Positions 28,530 to 38,209 are shown, counted from the first letter of the stretch. The stretch: 64,000 nt of DNA from Bosea sp. (in: a-proteobacteria) (GCA_031412095.1 JANOCI010000015.1:22636-86635), one strand, 5' to 3'. Notes: generated by a model from the letters alone, not told the origin. Program-made: numbers and translations.

Positions 28530-29338
28530 GTCAGGACATGATCCAGGCCGCGCTTGACGCCGATGAAGCCGGACACCTTGCGCGCGGCGAGCAGCGTGCC
28601 GGCGACATAGGGCGCGGCGGACGATCCTGCATCGTGGCGGATGAGCAGGCGCTCGTCAGCCGCGCCGAAGATCGCCTCGCATGACAGCACGATGGATGGC
28701 ATCCTGACGGAATGCACCTGAACAGGATTGGGCTCGCCGAGCGCCGCGCCGCGCGTCTCGCGCGCGCCGCCAAGCTCGGCGACGGGTTTGGACGTCCCGG
28801 CCATGCGCACCTTGGCCAGCATCTCTCCCAATTCGCGGGCCGTGCCGGAGGGCGTGTCGGGCTTGGCGGCGGAGGCATAGTCGATGATCTCGACATCGGG
28901 CACATACCGGGCCGCCTCAAGGGCGAAGCGGCGCAGCAATGTCGCCGTGATCGAGAAGTTGCCTGCCGCCAGGACGCCCTTGCCGGCGCTCATCGCGGCG
29001 ATGTCGATCTTGTCGTAGTCAGCGGCGGTCAGGCCCGACGTGCCGATCACGACATGCCTGCCGCGGGCGAGCGCCGTCAGCGCGTGGTGCTTGACCGCAT
29101 TAGGCTTGGTGTAGTCGATGAGCACGTCCGAGGGCGCAGCCAGCGCCTCGGCGACCGTGGCGTGGACGATGACGCCCAGCGCACCGATGCCGGCCACGTC
29201 GCCTGCATCCTTGCCGGCCGCCTTTCGGGAGATCGCGGCGGCCAGCGTGAGGTCAGGAGCGGCATGGATGGCTGCGACAAGGGCCTTGCCGACCCAGCCC
29301 GAGACGCCTGCGAGAACGATGCGGATGGGAGCGGTCAT
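28526..29338 (-). CDS. DapB-family (dihydrodipicolinate-reductase-like) oxidoreductase, divergent paralog
   Basis: N-terminal Rossmann motif (IRIVLAGVSGWVGKAL), VIGTSG, and C-terminal DVEIIDYASAAKPDTPSGTA aligning without gaps to E. coli [20 protein letters not shown], with the His residues replaced. Confidence 0.75.
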   Translation of the reverse strand: MTAPIRIVLAGVSGWVGKALVAAIHAAPDLTLAAAISRKAAGKDAGDVAGIGALGVIVHATVAEALAAPSDVLIDYTKPNAVKHHALTALARGRHVVIGTSGLTAADYDKIDIAAMSAGKGVLAAGNFSITATLLRRFALEAARYVPDVEIIDYASAAKPDTPSGTARELGEMLAKVRMAGTSKPVAELGGARETRGAALGEPNPVQVHSVRMPSIVLSCEAIFGAADERLLIRHDAGSSAAPYVAGTLLAARKVSGFIGVKRGLDHVLT

Positions 29339-29742
29339 GGATCGGGCCTCTCGCGGATCATGAGCAGCAGCGGAAAAAGGGCAAAGGCGATCTGCGGCGT
29401 CAATTCAAGCATGCCCCGAGCCGTTACGTAAGCGCCAAGATGCATGGCGAGCGTGCGGCCGAAGCCGAACACGGCGACGGCGGCCTCGCCCGCCAGCAGC
29501 AGCGCGAAGGCCGCGGCGCCCATGGCCAGCCTGCGCGTTGCGCGCGCGGCGACCGCATGCCGCCGGATCAGCCGCTGCGCCAGCAGCCATGCGGCGAGCA
29601 GGATCAGCGGGCCCTCGACCAGAACGACCGCATCGCGCCCGAAGAGCGGGGCCAGAACGAGCTCCCGCAGCGTGCCGAGCGCGAAGCCGAGCGCGAAGAT
29701 GACGGCGCCATAGGCCAGGCCGGCGCCGAGCGCAGCGCTCAA
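29335..29742 (-). CDS. hypothetical 4-TM membrane protein
   Basis: 135 aa. The only plausible start is TTG 29742 (TTGA overlap with the GNAT stop). ATGA overlap with the DapB-like start. No family recognised. Confidence 0.5.
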   Translation of the reverse strand: MSAALGAGLAYGAVIFALGFALGTLRELVLAPLFGRDAVVLVEGPLILLAAWLLAQRLIRRHAVAARATRRLAMGAAAFALLLAGEAAVAVFGFGRTLAMHLGAYVTARGMLELTPQIAFALFPLLLMIRERPDP

Positions 29743-30254
29743 GGCAGATCCAGCCTCATGTAGCGGATCGCCTTGCCGCCCGGCAGATGGCGAAGCGCGA
29801 TCTCCGAGAAACCGAGGGCGGAGTGCAGCGCGTCCGATGCGGGATTGGCCGGGATGACATTGATCTCGCAGCCGATCACGGGACGGTCCTCAGCGCGGGC
29901 GCGGGCGAACAGTTCGCCATAAAGCGCCCGCGCAAGGCCCTGCCCACGGGCCTGATGCGCGACGACGACGCGGTCGACATAGTAGAAGCGGTCATGACGC
30001 TCCCGGAACCACGCAAGGTTGGCGTTGCGGTGGTCGGATGCGTCGTTGAAGGCGATCATGAATGCCTGCGGTTCGCCTCCAAACGCCATGGCGAACCCCG
30101 ATGCCTTCAGAAGTTCGCCATAGCTCACGGCGTCGAGAACCGAGGTCTCGACACTATTAACCGAATTCAGGGTCAGCACCGCCTCGACCTTGCACGCGGC
30201 GAGGCCGACGAGCGGCGGGCGCGCCTGATCCATGGCCACAGAGGCCTCAGGCAT
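29739..30254 (-). CDS. GNAT-family N-acetyltransferase
   Basis: 171 aa with an acetyl-CoA-binding motif-A-like segment VVVAHQARGQGLARALYGELF. TGATG 1-nt overlap with the gcdH stop. Confidence 0.7.
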   Translation of the reverse strand: MPEASVAMDQARPPLVGLAACKVEAVLTLNSVNSVETSVLDAVSYGELLKASGFAMAFGGEPQAFMIAFNDASDHRNANLAWFRERHDRFYYVDRVVVAHQARGQGLARALYGELFARARAEDRPVIGCEINVIPANPASDALHSALGFSEIALRHLPGGKAIRYMRLDLP

Positions 30255-31471
30255 CAGAAGAAAGCCTGAAGCCCCGTGATGGCGCGGCCAAGGATCAACG
30301 CGTGCACGTCATGGGTTCCCTCGTAGGTATTCACCGTCTCGAGGTTCGCGGCGTGGCGCATCACGTGATATTCGATCTGGATGCCGTTGCCGCCGTGCAT
30401 GTCGCGGGCCATGCGCGCGATGTCGAGCGCCTTTCCGCAATTGTTGCGCTTGACGATGGAGATCACTTCGGGGGCCAGCTTGCCCTCGTCGAACATGCGG
30501 CCGACGCGCAAGGACCCCTGCAGGCCCAGCGCGATCTCGGTCGCCATGTCCGCCAGCTTCTTCTGGAAGAGCTGCGTCTGGGCCAGCGGCTTGCCGAACT
30601 GGTGACGGTCCAGGCCATATTGCCGCGCCTGCGTCATGCAGGCTTCGGCTGCGCCCATCACGCCCCATGAAATGCCGTAGCGCGCGCGGTTGAGGCAGCC
30701 GAACGGCCCCTTCAGTCCCGAGACGTTCGGCAGGAGCTGGCTTTCCGCCACGAAGACGTCGTCCATGACGATCTCGCCGGTCGTCGAGGCGCGCAGCGAG
30801 AGCTTTCCGCCGATCTTGGGCGCGGACAGGCCCTTCATGCCCTTATCGAGGATGAAGCCCCTGATCTCGTCGCCATGCGCGGCGGACTTCGCCCAGACCA
30901 CGAAGACGTCCGCGAACGGCGAATTCGAGATCCACATCTTCGAGCCGTTGAGGACGTAGCCGCCATCGGCCTTGACGGCGCGCGTCTTCATGCCGCCCGG
31001 ATCGGACCCTGCGTCGGGCTCGGTCAGGCCGAAGCAGCCGATGAATTCGCCGCTGGCCAGCTTCGGCAGATACTTCTTGCGCTGCAGTTCGTCGCCGTAG
31101 GCGTAGATCGGGTACATCACGAGCGAGGACTGCACGCTCATCATCGAGCGATAGCCGGAATCGATCCGCTCGACCTCGCGCGCGACAAGGCCGTAGGCGA
31201 CATAGGACGCGCCGGAACCGCCATATTCCTCGGGAAAGGTCACGCCAAGCAGGCCCTGCTCGCCCATCAGGCGGAACAGTTCGGGCGCCGCGGTCTCGTT
31301 CATGTAGGCTTCGGCCACCCGCGGCATCAGCACGTCGGCGGAGAACGCGCGGGCAGCGTCGCGGATCATCCGCTCCTCTTCCGACAGCTGGTCCTCCAGC
31401 AGGAACGGGTCTTCCCAGTTGTAGATCGCCTTCGGGGCCTTGGCGGCCTTGGCTTGTGGCACGGCGCTCAT
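30254..31471 (-). CDS. gcdH: glutaryl-CoA dehydrogenase
   Basis: N-terminus [21 protein letters not shown], then [10 protein letters not shown], ...[14 protein letters not shown]..., typical of the GCDH subfamily. ATG 31471 preferred; the track start 31489 is TTG. Confidence 0.88.
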   Translation of the reverse strand: MSAVPQAKAAKAPKAIYNWEDPFLLEDQLSEEERMIRDAARAFSADVLMPRVAEAYMNETAAPELFRLMGEQGLLGVTFPEEYGGSGASYVAYGLVAREVERIDSGYRSMMSVQSSLVMYPIYAYGDELQRKKYLPKLASGEFIGCFGLTEPDAGSDPGGMKTRAVKADGGYVLNGSKMWISNSPFADVFVVWAKSAAHGDEIRGFILDKGMKGLSAPKIGGKLSLRASTTGEIVMDDVFVAESQLLPNVSGLKGPFGCLNRARYGISWGVMGAAEACMTQARQYGLDRHQFGKPLAQTQLFQKKLADMATEIALGLQGSLRVGRMFDEGKLAPEVISIVKRNNCGKALDIARMARDMHGGNGIQIEYHVMRHAANLETVNTYEGTHDVHALILGRAITGLQAFF

Positions 31472-31507
31472 GATGATGGCCTTTCGCAATTCGTTTCGAA
31501 TGTATCT

Positions 31508-32485
31508 TTAGCGCTGCTTGCGCAGCGTTCCTAGCCGGGAGATGACGTCTTCAGCCTCCTGCACGGTGCGTTCGATGATCGCAGCCGCAGGCATCACCTC
31601 ATGGATCAACCCCGTGGCTTCGCCGACCCAGACGCCCACATCATCGGGATCGCCGGCGGCCACCTTTGCGGAATAGTCGGCGCGGTTCGCTTCCGCCACC
31701 GCGCGATGCGCGTCGGGGCGATGATCCCAGTCCCGCACGAAACGGTTCTCGAGCACGCGGGCCGTGAACTCCGCCGGCCAGTCATACCCACGCGCGATGT
31801 CGGTCGCGGTCTGCCTGACCGTCGCGTCGCCCGTGGCTCCCACCGCTGCTGCCTGATGGCGCGGATGGGTCAGGGCTTCCGCAGCGGCCCAGAACCGCGA
31901 CCCCATCAGCACGCCGTCTGCGCCGAGCGCCAGGGATGCCGCCAGCCCCCTGCCATCCGCGATGCCGCCTGCCGCCACTAGCAAGGTGTCCGGCGATCTG
32001 AGGCGCAGCAGGTCGCCGATTTCCGGCACCAGCGTCATCGTGGCGCGCCTGGCGCCATGCCCGCCCGCCTCCGCGCCCTGGGCCACGATGATGTCGGCGC
32101 CAGCCTCGATCGCATCGGCGGCATGCGCCAATGTCTGCACCTGGCAGACAAGAAGCGTGCCGGCGGCCTTGATTTCACCCGCGTGCGGGCGGGGGTCGCC
32201 GAAGGAGAGCATCAACGCTGCCGGCGCATGGGCCAACGCCTGGGTCAGCAAAGCCGGGTCCTGCGCCATCGACCAGGTGATGAAGCCGCAGCCGACGCGG
32301 GCATTGCCGGCAGCCGCGAATTCGCGCTTCAACCAGTCAGCATCGCCATAGCCGCCGCCGATCAACCCAAGGCCGCCGGCATGGGTGACCGCAGCCGCCA
32401 ACGCGCCGCCCCCCGCGAACGCCATCGGCGCGGACATGATCGGGTGGCGGATGCCCAGGCGGGCGGTCAGGCGGGTCGTCAGCAT
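31508..32485 (-). CDS. nitronate monooxygenase / NMO-family FMN oxidoreductase
   Basis: 325 aa. LGIRHPIMSAPMAFAGGGALAAAVTHAGGLGLIG and ...VAAGGIADGRG... are the NMO/2-nitropropane-dioxygenase TIM-barrel motifs. Confidence 0.85.
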   Translation of the reverse strand: MLTTRLTARLGIRHPIMSAPMAFAGGGALAAAVTHAGGLGLIGGGYGDADWLKREFAAAGNARVGCGFITWSMAQDPALLTQALAHAPAALMLSFGDPRPHAGEIKAAGTLLVCQVQTLAHAADAIEAGADIIVAQGAEAGGHGARRATMTLVPEIGDLLRLRSPDTLLVAAGGIADGRGLAASLALGADGVLMGSRFWAAAEALTHPRHQAAAVGATGDATVRQTATDIARGYDWPAEFTARVLENRFVRDWDHRPDAHRAVAEANRADYSAKVAAGDPDDVGVWVGEATGLIHEVMPAAAIIERTVQEAEDVISRLGTLRKQR

Positions 32486-32491
32486 GACGCC

Positions 32492-34018
32492 TCACCCCTC
32501 CACATCGAACACCACGCCCTGCGCCAGAGGTAATGCCGTGCCGTAGTTCACCGTGTTGGTGGCGCGCCGCATGTAGGCCTTCCAGGCGTCCGAGCCTGCC
32601 TCACGTCCGCCTCCGGTCTCCTTCTCGCCGCCGAACGCCCCGCCGATCTCCGCCCCTGACGGTCCGATGTTGACGTTCGCGATGCCGCAATCGGAGCCTG
32701 CGGACGACATGAACGTTTCGGCCTCGCGGATGTCGAGCGTGAAGATCGAGGAGGAAAGACCCGCGCCGACCGCATTCTGCATGGCTATGGCTTCGGCCAG
32801 CGTGCGGAAGCGCGTCACATAGAGAATGGGCGCGAATGTCTCGTGCAGCATCGGGCCGTTCTGCTGCGGCAGCTCCACCAGTGCGGGAGCGGCATAATAG
32901 GCGTCGTCGCCTGCGATCCCGGAGACGCGCTGGCCGCCATGTATGATTCCGGCGTTCGCGCGGGCGTCGCCGAGCGCACGCTCCATCGCGCCGAAGGCCT
33001 GCCTGTCGATGAGCGGTCCCACCAGCGTGCCAGCGTGCCGCGGGTCGCCGATCCTCACCGAGCCGTAGACCTTGGCGAGCCGCGGGACCAGCGTGCAGTA
33101 GATGCTATCGTGGACGAACAGCCGCCGAAGCGTGGTGCAGCGCTGCCCGGCGGTGCCCATCGCGGCGAAGGCAATGCCGCGCAGGGCCAGATCGAGATCG
33201 GCGGAAGGGGCGACGATGGCCGCGTTGTTGCCGCCCAGCTCGAGGATGGCGCGGGCGAACCGCTTTGCAAGGCGCGGAGCCACCTCGCGGCCCATGCGCG
33301 TCGAGCCCGTGGCCGAGACGACCGCCACGCGCGCATCGTCGACCATGACCTCGCCGATGCTGCGGTCTCCGATCAGCAAGGCGCACAGGCCGGGCGGCGC
33401 ATCCGGGCCGAACCGGGCGATCGCCCGCTCGACGATGGCTTGCGTCGCCAGCGCGGTGAGGGGCGTCTTCTCGGACGGCTTCCAGACCACCGAATCGCCG
33501 CAGACAAGAGCGAGCGCCGCATTCCACGACCAGACGGCCACCGGGAAGTTGAACGCCGAGATCACGCCGCAGACGCCGAGAGGATGCCATGTCTCCATCA
33601 TCCGGTGGGAAGGCCGTTCGGTCGCTATGGCGAGGCCATAGAGCTGCCGCGACAGGCCGACCGCGAAATCGCAGATGTCGATCATCTCCTGAACCTCGCC
33701 GAGGCCTTCCGAGACGATCTTGCCGGCCTCCAGCGTGACCAGAAGGCCAAGGTCCTCCTTGGCGGCGCGCAGCTCCTCACCGAGCAGGCGCACAAGCTCG
33801 CCCCGTCGCGGCGCGGGAACCAGCCGCCACGCGCTGAAAGCCGCGTGGGCATTGGCAATGGCCTCTCCGGCCTGCCCGGCCGACATCGCCCTGACCGTCG
33901 CGATCTCTTCGCCGGTGATGGGCGAGCGTGCAGCGAGCCCGGTGGCGGCAAAAGCGCCGTCAGGCACGCCAAGCCGCTTCAGGATGGCCATGGCCTCTTC
34001 ACGCACGTTCATGGCCAT
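32492..34018 (-). CDS. amaB: ALDH7-type aldehyde dehydrogenase (piperideine-6-carboxylate / alpha-aminoadipic semialdehyde dehydrogenase-like)
   Basis: EAGKIVSEGLGEVQEMIDICDFAVGLSRQLYG closely matches the antiquitin/ALDH7 block. Catalytic ELGGNNA and GTAGQRCT present. Starts possible at 34018, 34012 or 34033. Confidence 0.82.
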   Translation of the reverse strand: MAMNVREEAMAILKRLGVPDGAFAATGLAARSPITGEEIATVRAMSAGQAGEAIANAHAAFSAWRLVPAPRRGELVRLLGEELRAAKEDLGLLVTLEAGKIVSEGLGEVQEMIDICDFAVGLSRQLYGLAIATERPSHRMMETWHPLGVCGVISAFNFPVAVWSWNAALALVCGDSVVWKPSEKTPLTALATQAIVERAIARFGPDAPPGLCALLIGDRSIGEVMVDDARVAVVSATGSTRMGREVAPRLAKRFARAILELGGNNAAIVAPSADLDLALRGIAFAAMGTAGQRCTTLRRLFVHDSIYCTLVPRLAKVYGSVRIGDPRHAGTLVGPLIDRQAFGAMERALGDARANAGIIHGGQRVSGIAGDDAYYAAPALVELPQQNGPMLHETFAPILYVTRFRTLAEAIAMQNAVGAGLSSSIFTLDIREAETFMSSAGSDCGIANVNIGPSGAEIGGAFGGEKETGGGREAGSDAWKAYMRRATNTVNYGTALPLAQGVVFDVEG

Positions 34019-34176
34019 CGCCGCATTCCCCATCAGATCGGCTGCAAAATGCGCTGACCGGCCCGTTGTTGCAACTGCGAAGTTCAGGCGGGACAGCACC
34101 GGAAAGCCGGCGTCGCGGCACGTTGAAGCGGGCTATGCGCTTGCCAAAGCGCAGGCGGAGTGGCCATGTTCGCAGC

Positions 34177-35415
34177 ATGGACGATATCTCCCCATCGGCT
34201 GGCTTGCCCGCATCGGCTGACATCGTGATCGCGGGAGGCGCCGCCATCGGCTCGTCGATCGCCTACCACCTCATGGCCGACCCCGCCTTCAAGGGCCGGG
34301 TCGTCGTCGTCGAAAAGGATCCGACCTACAGGCTGTCCGCCTCGGCCCTGTCGGCGGCATCGATCCGCCAACAATTCTCGAGCGCGGTCAACATCCGCAT
34401 CTCGCTGCACGGCATCAGGTTCCTGCGTGAGATCGGCGAGCGGCTCGGCGTCGACGGCGAGCAGCCGGAGATCGGCCTCAAGGAAGGCGGCTATCTGTAT
34501 CTCGCGACCGAGGCCGGCGCCGGCACCCTGCGCGCGATGCAGGAAGCACAAAGGCTGGAAGGCGCCGATATCGGGCATCTCGGCAAGCCCGCGCTCGCGC
34601 AGCGCTTTCCGTGGCTGAACGTCGATGACGTCGCGTGCGGCAACCTGGGGCTGTCGGGAGAAGGCTGGTTCGACGGATGGAGCCTGCTCCAGGCCTTCCG
34701 GAAGAAGGCGCGGGCGCTCGGCGCTGCCTATGTCACCGGAGAAGTGGCGCATTACGAATTGGACGGCGCGCGCGTCGCGGCCGTGATACTTAAGGACGGA
34801 TCGCGCGTCGCGTGCGGCGCGGCGGTCAACGCATCGGGCTCGCAAGGCGCCGGACTCGCGGCGACGGCCGGCGTGATCCTTCCCGTCATGCCCAAGAAGC
34901 GCTTCGTGTTCACCTTCATGTGCAAGGGCGACGTGACGGACTGCCCGCTGCTGATCGACACGTCCGGCGTCTATTGCCGGCCGGAAGGGCGCCGGACGGC
35001 CGAGGGGCAGATGTTCATCTGCGGAGCGTCCCCTCCTTCCGGCGAAGATCCCGATTGGGACGAGGCGGATCCCCGCGTCGCGGACGTCGACTGGCCGTTC
35101 TTCGAGGAGCGCGTCTGGCCAGCCCTCGCCGCGCGCGTGCCGGCCTTCGAGGCCATCCGGCCGATGCAGGCTTGGGCCGGGCCCTATGACATGAACATGC
35201 TGGATGCCAACGCCATCGTCGGACCGTCCTTCGGCCTGCCGAACCTTTACCTCGCCAACGGCTTCTCCGGCCACGGGCTGCAGCAATCGCCTGCCGTGGG
35301 ACGCGGAATCGCGGAATTGATCGCGCACGGGCGCTACGTCACGCTCGATCTGTCCGATCTCGGCCATGAGCGCATCGTGAGGAACCGCCCCCTCGTCGAA
35401 GCCAACGTCATATGA
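34177..35415 (+). CDS. FAD-dependent oxidoreductase (DAO family; sarcosine/pipecolate-oxidase-like)
   Basis: 412 aa from ATG 34177. N-terminal dinucleotide fold DIVIAGGAAIGSSIAYHL...VVVEK and C-terminal ...ANGFSGHGLQQSPAVG... Divergent from the amaB-like operon. Confidence 0.8.
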   Translation: MDDISPSAGLPASADIVIAGGAAIGSSIAYHLMADPAFKGRVVVVEKDPTYRLSASALSAASIRQQFSSAVNIRISLHGIRFLREIGERLGVDGEQPEIGLKEGGYLYLATEAGAGTLRAMQEAQRLEGADIGHLGKPALAQRFPWLNVDDVACGNLGLSGEGWFDGWSLLQAFRKKARALGAAYVTGEVAHYELDGARVAAVILKDGSRVACGAAVNASGSQGAGLAATAGVILPVMPKKRFVFTFMCKGDVTDCPLLIDTSGVYCRPEGRRTAEGQMFICGASPPSGEDPDWDEADPRVADVDWPFFEERVWPALAARVPAFEAIRPMQAWAGPYDMNMLDANAIVGPSFGLPNLYLANGFSGHGLQQSPAVGRGIAELIAHGRYVTLDLSDLGHERIVRNRPLVEANVI

Positions 35416-35987
35416 AAGCCTGCCTGATGATCAGCTCCCATCACATCCAGACCATGGCGCGCTACAACCAGTGGCAGAACCGCAGCCTGTTGAGGCAGGC
35501 TGACGCCCTCGGCGACGTCGAGCGCCGGAAAGCGCGCGGAGCGTTCTTTTCGTCGATCCACGGCACGCTGAGCCACCTGCTCTGGGGCGACAAGATCTGG
35601 ATGCACCGCTTCGCCCAGAGCCCGAAGCCTGAGGGCGGGATCAAGGACTCGCCGCATCTCTTTCCGGACTGGGATGCGCTGGCGGCGGAGCGCGAGGCGT
35701 TCGACGCCGTCATCGCCGACTGGAGCGCGCATGTCAGCCCAGGCTGGCTGTCCGGTGACATGAGCTGGCATTCGGGCGCCCTCGGCCGGCAGGTCAGCAA
35801 GCCGATCTGGTTCCTCGTCACGCACATGTTCAACCACCAGACCCACCATCGCGGCCAGGTGCATTGCATGCTGACTGCGGCAGGCGCGAAGCCCGAGGAC
35901 ACCGACATGATCTTCATGGACCTGCACACCGACTTGGACCTGCACGCCGACGTGCGCGCGCAGGCTGACTTGGGCCGACCGGGCTAG
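35412..35987 (+). CDS. DinB-family protein
   Basis: MARYNQWQN...HGTLSHLLWGDKIW...HMFNHQTHHRGQV is the DinB four-helix His-triad pattern. ATGA overlap with the upstream stop; alternative ATG 35427. Confidence 0.8.
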   Translation: MKACLMISSHHIQTMARYNQWQNRSLLRQADALGDVERRKARGAFFSSIHGTLSHLLWGDKIWMHRFAQSPKPEGGIKDSPHLFPDWDALAAEREAFDAVIADWSAHVSPGWLSGDMSWHSGALGRQVSKPIWFLVTHMFNHQTHHRGQVHCMLTAAGAKPEDTDMIFMDLHTDLDLHADVRAQADLGRPG

Positions 35988-35988
35988 G

Positions 35989-36912
35989 CTAAGCCAGTTC
36001 GGACGCGCGCGGCGGATCGCATCCGGGGCGCGAACACGTCAACGACGCCGCGCGTGCAGCATAGGCGAGCCAGCGAGTCAGTTCATCGACGGACGGCAGG
36101 TGGTCAGGCACGCCAAGGCGGCCGTCATGCGCCATGGCCGCCAAAAGGCCCGCCGTGAACGCGTCGCCCGCTCCGACCGTGTCGGCGATCCTGACCGGAG
36201 GCGCAACGGCTTCAGCGACGCCCGACGCCGTCATCGCCACCGCTCCCTCCGGCCCCCGCGTCATGATCGCGACGCCGCATCCCAGCGCGAGCCAGCGCTG
36301 CATCGCTTCATGGGGAGCAAGGCGCGGATACATCCACCCGATGTCCTCGACGCTGGCTTTCGCGATCGTCGCGGCGGCGACACGCTCCTCGATCAGCGCC
36401 ATGGCCTGGGCGTGCGGCGGCAGGCACGACGCGCGGACGTTCGGATCGTAGCTTGAGGTGGCCCCGGTCCGGGCGCTCCGCAGCAGGGCCAGCGAACGCC
36501 CCGCAGCCGCGCCAGCCGTGGCCGCGAACGAGGCGGCATGGACATGCCGGATGCCGGCGGGCGCGACGGCAGGCAGGAGAGGCGCATCTTCGTGCGCAGT
36601 GCCCGCCAGATGCAGTGCGAACATCGCGCCATGGCTGGCGGCGGACGGGCTGACGATGGCGACGGCGGATGGCCGCCCGCTGATGCGCGCATGCGCCATG
36701 TCGATCCCCTCCTCCGCCATCGCCCGGCTGAAACGGCGGCCAAGCGCGTCGTCCGACAGGCTCCAGGCGAAGCTCGGCCGAAGGCCCAGCCGGGCAAGGG
36801 CAAGCGAGGTGTTGTAGCCCGAGCCGCCAAGCACGCAGCGGAAGGTTTCGGACTCTCCGTCGACCGGCAGGAAGTCGGCTATGGCCTCCCCGATGACGAG
36901 GATTGCGCTCAC
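35989..36912 (-). CDS. PfkB-family carbohydrate kinase (fructokinase-like)
   Basis: 307 aa from GTG 36912 (GTGA overlap with the FAH stop). ILVIGEAIADF..., GGSGYNTS, and C-terminal DTVGAGDAFTAG kinase motif. The rest of track ORF 35989..37467 is an overextension. Confidence 0.8.
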   Translation of the reverse strand: MSAILVIGEAIADFLPVDGESETFRCVLGGSGYNTSLALARLGLRPSFAWSLSDDALGRRFSRAMAEEGIDMAHARISGRPSAVAIVSPSAASHGAMFALHLAGTAHEDAPLLPAVAPAGIRHVHAASFAATAGAAAGRSLALLRSARTGATSSYDPNVRASCLPPHAQAMALIEERVAAATIAKASVEDIGWMYPRLAPHEAMQRWLALGCGVAIMTRGPEGAVAMTASGVAEAVAPPVRIADTVGAGDAFTAGLLAAMAHDGRLGVPDHLPSVDELTRWLAYAARAASLTCSRPGCDPPRASELA

Positions 36913-38081
36913 AGCAATCCGCGTCGGGCGAGATTGCGCATCAGGTGGCTGACGCCGTAGGTCCATGGCTCGCAGACGGTGGAGAACTGCATCCGGTTGA
37001 CGAGGCTGCCGAGCTTCGGGGCCTGGACCGTGACGATGTCGCCGATCTTGTGCGTGAAGCCGCCGCCGGCCGCATCGCGGTCCTTCACGGGTGCGAACAT
37101 GGTTCCGAGGTAGAGCACCGCTCCGTCCGGATATTGATGATGGCTCCCGATCATCTGGGCGACCAGATCGGCCGGATCGCGGCTGATCTTCGCCAGTGAT
37201 GACGATCCCTCGAGCGCGAAGCCGTCCTCGCCCTGCACCGTGAGGGACACCACGGTGCTCCTGACGTCGTCGAGAGAGAACGTCGCGTCGAACAGGCGCA
37301 CGAACGGGCCGATCGCGGCGCTCGCGTTGTTGTCCTTGGCCTTGCCGAGCAGGAGCGCGGAGCGGCCTTCGACGTCGCGCAGGTTCACGTCGTTGCCGAG
37401 GGTCGCGCCGACGATCCGGCCGTCCGAGGCCACCACCAGCACGACCTCGGGCTCGGGATTGTTCCACGTCGAGACAGGATGCAGGCCTGCGTCCGCCCCG
37501 GTGCCGACCGACGCCATCACCGGAGCCTTGGTGAAGATCTCAGCGTCCGGGCCGATGCCGACCTCCAGATACTGGCTCCAGGCTCCCTGGGCGACCAGCA
37601 CGTCCTTCAGGCGCATGGCCTCGGGCGAACCGGGCTTGAGCTTTGACAGGTCGTCGCCGATGAGCTTGCCGATCTCGCCCCGGATGGCGGCGGCGGCGGC
37701 GGGATTTCCCCTCACCTTCTCCTCGATCACGCGCTCCAGCATCGACACGGCGAATGTGACGCCAGCGGCCTTCACCGCCTGCAGGTCGATCGGCGCGAGG
37801 AACCAGGGCTTGGCAAGGTTGCGGCCGTCAGGCGGGGTGTTGGCCAGGATGTCGGCAAGCTGCCCGATCACAGGGCCCTTCGCCGCGCGCAGCGCCGCCG
37901 CGGGGTCGGGCATCTCGGCGAGATCGCGGACGGTGGCGAAGCTGGCGGTGACGTCCACCACGCCCTCTTCGCGCAAGGCCGCCACGCATGGCCCATCCAC
38001 GGCCGGAAGCCATGCACGGGCGACGAGCGCGCCGACGAGGCCATCGGCAGGCAAGGTGAGGACGGGATCGAGCACTGGCAT
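36909..38081 (-). CDS. fumarylacetoacetate hydrolase (FAH) family protein, long form
   Basis: 390 aa. The C-terminal half (PEPEVVLVV..., GATLGNDVNLRD..., KAKDNNASAAIGP..., GTMFAP...) fits the FAH fold. Confidence 0.75.
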   Translation of the reverse strand: MPVLDPVLTLPADGLVGALVARAWLPAVDGPCVAALREEGVVDVTASFATVRDLAEMPDPAAALRAAKGPVIGQLADILANTPPDGRNLAKPWFLAPIDLQAVKAAGVTFAVSMLERVIEEKVRGNPAAAAAIRGEIGKLIGDDLSKLKPGSPEAMRLKDVLVAQGAWSQYLEVGIGPDAEIFTKAPVMASVGTGADAGLHPVSTWNNPEPEVVLVVASDGRIVGATLGNDVNLRDVEGRSALLLGKAKDNNASAAIGPFVRLFDATFSLDDVRSTVVSLTVQGEDGFALEGSSSLAKISRDPADLVAQMIGSHHQYPDGAVLYLGTMFAPVKDRDAAGGGFTHKIGDIVTVQAPKLGSLVNRMQFSTVCEPWTYGVSHLMRNLARRGLL

Positions 38082-38180
38082 GTCGCGGGCATCCTGGCGG
38101 AACGGGTCTGGCGCCGGGCATCAGTCACGGTTCCGGCGCCAAGATCAAGCGGGTCAGCATTTTCGACACAAGAATGCGGC

Positions 38181-38209
38181 CCGTCATCGATCTGTCATTG
38201 AAATGTCAC
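38181..38209 (+). promoter_or_regulatory. Pho box: three tandem 7-bp half-sites with 11-bp periodicity upstream of ugpB
   Basis: CCGTCAT-cgat-CTGTCAT-tgaa-ATGTCAC (38181-38209), about 70 bp before the ugpB ATG. Matches the E. coli PhoB consensus CTGTCAT-N4-CTGTCAT. Confidence 0.65.
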
